Made by a program: the position numbers and the translations under genes. The notes under the pieces were generated by a model. The model saw only the letters and a program-made list of their open reading frames with translations. It was not told the origin of the DNA and ran no database searches. From assembly GCA_037379345.1 (NCBI GenBank), contig CM074514.1, positions 29,698,001 to 29,762,000 on the forward strand: a stretch of DNA of 64,000 bases, given 5' to 3'. Positions 60,319 through 64,000 of this stretch are shown one piece after another; positions within the stretch are counted from its first letter, which is position 1, and every line of letters begins with the position of its first letter. The stretch comes from Perna viridis. Its lineage: Eukaryota.

Positions 60319-63300
60319 CCAAAGTTTGAAAGAAATTGATAATAATATGGAGGTGTTATCCATATGACAACATGTTAAGACTGACAGACAAATAGCCTAA
60401 TGGACAGAAAGATCAAAAGCATTATACATACGGTTTTTTAAAAAAAACAAACAAATTAACAAACAAAAGTGAAGTACAAAATTCAGACCCACATAACTAA
60501 GGTATGTGAGAACTTTCTGACTTTGTAGTAGTGATCATTCTCATCAAAGTATTCAATATAAAATGAAGTGGAAATAGGGAATGTGATTTAGAAGCAACAA
60601 CCCATTCAAACCGTGAATAAAAGCCAAAGGCAGTCTATTGGCCATCAGCAAATGCTGAGAAATTTCCCACACCTTGTTCAAACAATAAGATGAATAGAAA
60701 ACCCTTTCCTTGTTATATGTTAAAAAGGGAAAGCTAACTCTTTTTTGGTTTAGATAAAAATCTGAAATGTTTTAACATCTTGGTTTTAAAGGGTATTTTT
60801 TTATGGATGATATCAAGCTTGAATAATTCTATAAATTGGATTTTTTTTTCTTCTCTTGAAGCCTCAGTAGCAAATCCAATTTATGAATTATGCTTTATCC
60901 ACTTTAAGGGTAATTCAATATGTATGCCGGAAATTACAGAACCATATTCAGACCAATTTGGACAGGATTGCCTGGTGTACACTTGATTTGGAAGAATACA
61001 GATGTGAAATGTGAGCTAATAGTCAGAACTTAATTTCCTTACTGTATTATAAATTATATGACACACTTGTCCCTCAAATTAACCTTGATATATATAAATC
61101 ACAATGTGTAAAGTGAAGCTGATGTTGATGTTATTGGAGATATCTATTAAAATCAATCATGTTATTTTGAAAACATTGGTACTTGTAGCTTCAGAGGAAT
61201 TGAAATTAAAAGTCGTTCCAACAGAAGCTCTGATGGCCAATGGCAACCATCTTATAGAGGATAGATTCATTCTCCGACCCCATTTTTAATACAATTGGCC
61301 AAGTATACTTTAAAGGTTGAGTCAACACTCACTCCAGGAACCACCTCAGCTACATAAAAAGTGAATAGCTTGTTGATTCCAAAGTTATAAACAATCTAAT
61401 AAACTTTTAAAACATAGGCATATGTAGTTTCAAAGTGCTTAAACTTAGTAAATCAAAAGCTAAAATAGCCACTAACCCATGTTTGTTTGATCAAGTAATA
61501 CCAAAAATAGATAAAGGTGCATCTAAACATTATACCTGTAGTGGCTGTAAGTACTTACAAAAATTGTATGAAGGACACAATGTCATAAACTCAATGGAGC
61601 CTATGGTCAGGTGAGCTAATAAGAAATTTATGAGGAATATTTATCATTACACAGTGTTGCAAAGCACATCTTTTTCTCATTTTCAACAAACCGATATTAG
61701 CACATAGACTATACTAATGGGTGCAATCTCATTAGAAGTAAAGAAACAAGACAATCAGAACTAAATCTAATCAGTATTCTGTCTGTGCTGACAAGGATGG
61801 TCAATTAAAGCAATAATCTCTGTTGTTATAAATAATAACAATGATACCTGTCTCTACCGAACACCATTTGGTTTATAGAATATGTTCTGTTTAGACAGGT
61901 GTTAAATTTAACATCTAAATTGATATGAAGGGACTTCAAAAAAGTGTTTGTTTTAGACAGGTTTATTTAGGGTTCAGCTAAGACATGTTTCATTATATAG
62001 GGCAAATATTCCAAATCATATGTCTGGCTGAAGTTTTTATTCTGTAATCAGTATCCTACTGCAATACTGAGCAACACAATCTGATATCTTATAAACACCA
62101 TTGCAGAGAAAGATAAAATAAATTATGAAGACACCAAACCAATCTTCATTCATCTAAGGGGTTTGTATATATATAGTGAGACATATACAACACACAAACA
62201 AGGCCTGAAACAACATGCAACAGAAAAAGGGCAAATGAAAATATACACGAGCAACCCACACACTTTTTTATATCCCGACAATACACCAGGTAGGGTAAGC
62301 TATATAACAAAGCTCAAATGAAACATTTACAGAGTAAAAATAGTAAAACAGCACAATCAGTAACAAGTGGCATTTAAAGGGAAATAACTCTTTCAAGGGT
62401 AATAACTCCAACAATGATTCTTTTGAAAATTTTGTGACTTATTCATGATGATAATTTCATTAATTGAAATTTGTTTTTTTCCATTATGGTTTTTAAAATT
62501 GAAGTAAAAAAAAGCAAAAATCATGACAGCAATAATTCTTGTTCATTGTCTTAATGTTACACTTCATCCAAATGGAAGATACTGTCGAACACTTTAAGCT
62601 AAGGAAAGAAAATAAAATTTATTTTTTCACGTGTTTTGTACAGTTATAGAAATGTAAGATGAAATTAATAGCTTCCCTCTGTTTCTAAAAATAGAAATGT
62701 TTTATGCTTGATTGTCATTTAGCAAACACTATATCTTAAGTAGATAACCAAAAGATGTTTGTGACCAACAAAATCCAGTTACAATTGATTTCAGTGATTG
62801 CAGAAATAATTCAAAATAAAAGTTAATGTTTGTGCAGATGACACTGAATGCAAATTATGTGGCAACAGCTCATGTGCTTCTTTGGTCAATATTGAACTAC
62901 AAAATTAAAAAATAACATAGTTGTTTGCATTGTCTACTAAGTATACCCTACTGATATTGGACAGCAACATTAAAACAATAAAAGAACCATCTATATAAAG
63001 CTAATATCTAAATTTTAAATCGATCTGTCCAGTAGAAGTGAATTTTTGTGACAAAATTTTCTAGATCATTCCATAAAGTGAAAATGGGAAAACCCTATGA
63101 AACAGGAAGTTGATACTTGGCAGCAACCAAAATTGCTTACAATTTATGCCCCTTTTACATAAAGATGCCACACACCAAATCTGAAATAAAGTCATCCATG
63201 GTAGTCAAGATAATTGTGACAAAATTTGGATGGGATGGACAAGGTTATTCGAATATACCACCCACTCATTCAGTTAGGGTATAAAAAAAATCAATAAAGA

Positions 63301-64000
63301 CATTTTATTACAAGTTAACCTTACATAGCCTTTTGTCAAAGTAATGTACAAATAATTTACATAGACTAATTTACAGGTTCTGAAAGGTTCAATGACTGCT
63401 TTTTTGTATGCATAACACAAATGACCTTGAACAAAAGCTGATTAATCACAACCTAATGAAGTTCTACTAAACACATGTATAAACTGATTTACACTCTAAT
63501 AAAAAAAACTGGTACCTGGTAAAACTATAACATGACCATTATAAAACAATACATCTAAGTACCAAAATAAAATGACAAACCACAGCAAAAATCAAAACAT
63601 AATGAATGCCTATTAAAATCACATAGTAACTGACTTGAACTGTCAGAATAGGACATCTATCTATCTATATCATATTTCAATCAAAAATACAGATTTTTTA
63701 TTTGCACATGAACAATCAACATTCCATAGTGGTTTGTAAAAGTTACTTAAGCATATGATTATTAAGCAATATATGTAAGTAAAATCTGAACTGGAATAAC
63801 AGCCTTTCTAAGGAGATAAGGGACATAACTCTTACAAATCATTTGAATGTTTGCATTCAATATTTTACATCAATCTCATATAAGCATCAAAGAAACTTGG
63901 ATTGATTTCATTCTGCTCAAATGAAAGCATCAGGTAACTTAGATTGGTTTTATTCTGCTTCAAATGAAAACTTGATAGGCTTTGGTGAAATTGAATATGA

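Noticed and set aside
57034-64000. Upstream PDRG1 exons
   Set aside because: No convincing match to the expected VCFGNMFIK-type exon found by eye; probably beyond the window, or missed.

Overview
AT-rich, intron-containing animal genomic DNA. The repeat content and expanded ependymin-related genes suggest a bivalve mollusc, probably a mytilid; this is an inference. Genes reconstructed by hand from splice sites and reading-frame phase: (1) an intronless class A GPCR (-, 2557-3579); (2) a tandem pair of ependymin-related genes (+), one decayed (~12560-15910) and one intact with 5 exons (20686-25944, 232 aa); (3) STK19/WHR1 (-, 7 coding exons, 33047-38181, 259 aa); (4) DXO/Dom3Z (+, 7 exons, 38977-47607, 403 aa, probable GC-AG first intron); (5) the last coding exon of PDRG1 (-, 56876-57033). 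STK19 and DXO are head-to-head with start codons ~800 bp apart, the arrangement the human orthologues have in the MHC class III region. Mobile and repeated DNA: a decayed DIRS retrotransposon with a nested TTAA-flanked MITE, many Penelope-like (Naiad-type) fragments sharing a structured 3' module, degenerate hammerhead retrozyme-like repeats sitting where the pseudogene's exon 2 should be, a tRNA-like SINE inside an 80-bp direct repeat, several MITEs and minisatellites, and an intact 521-bp non-autonomous retroposon (59798-60318) with a 14-bp TSD and a non-tRNA, pseudoknot-forming 5' head. Most short ORFs in the supplied track are spurious.
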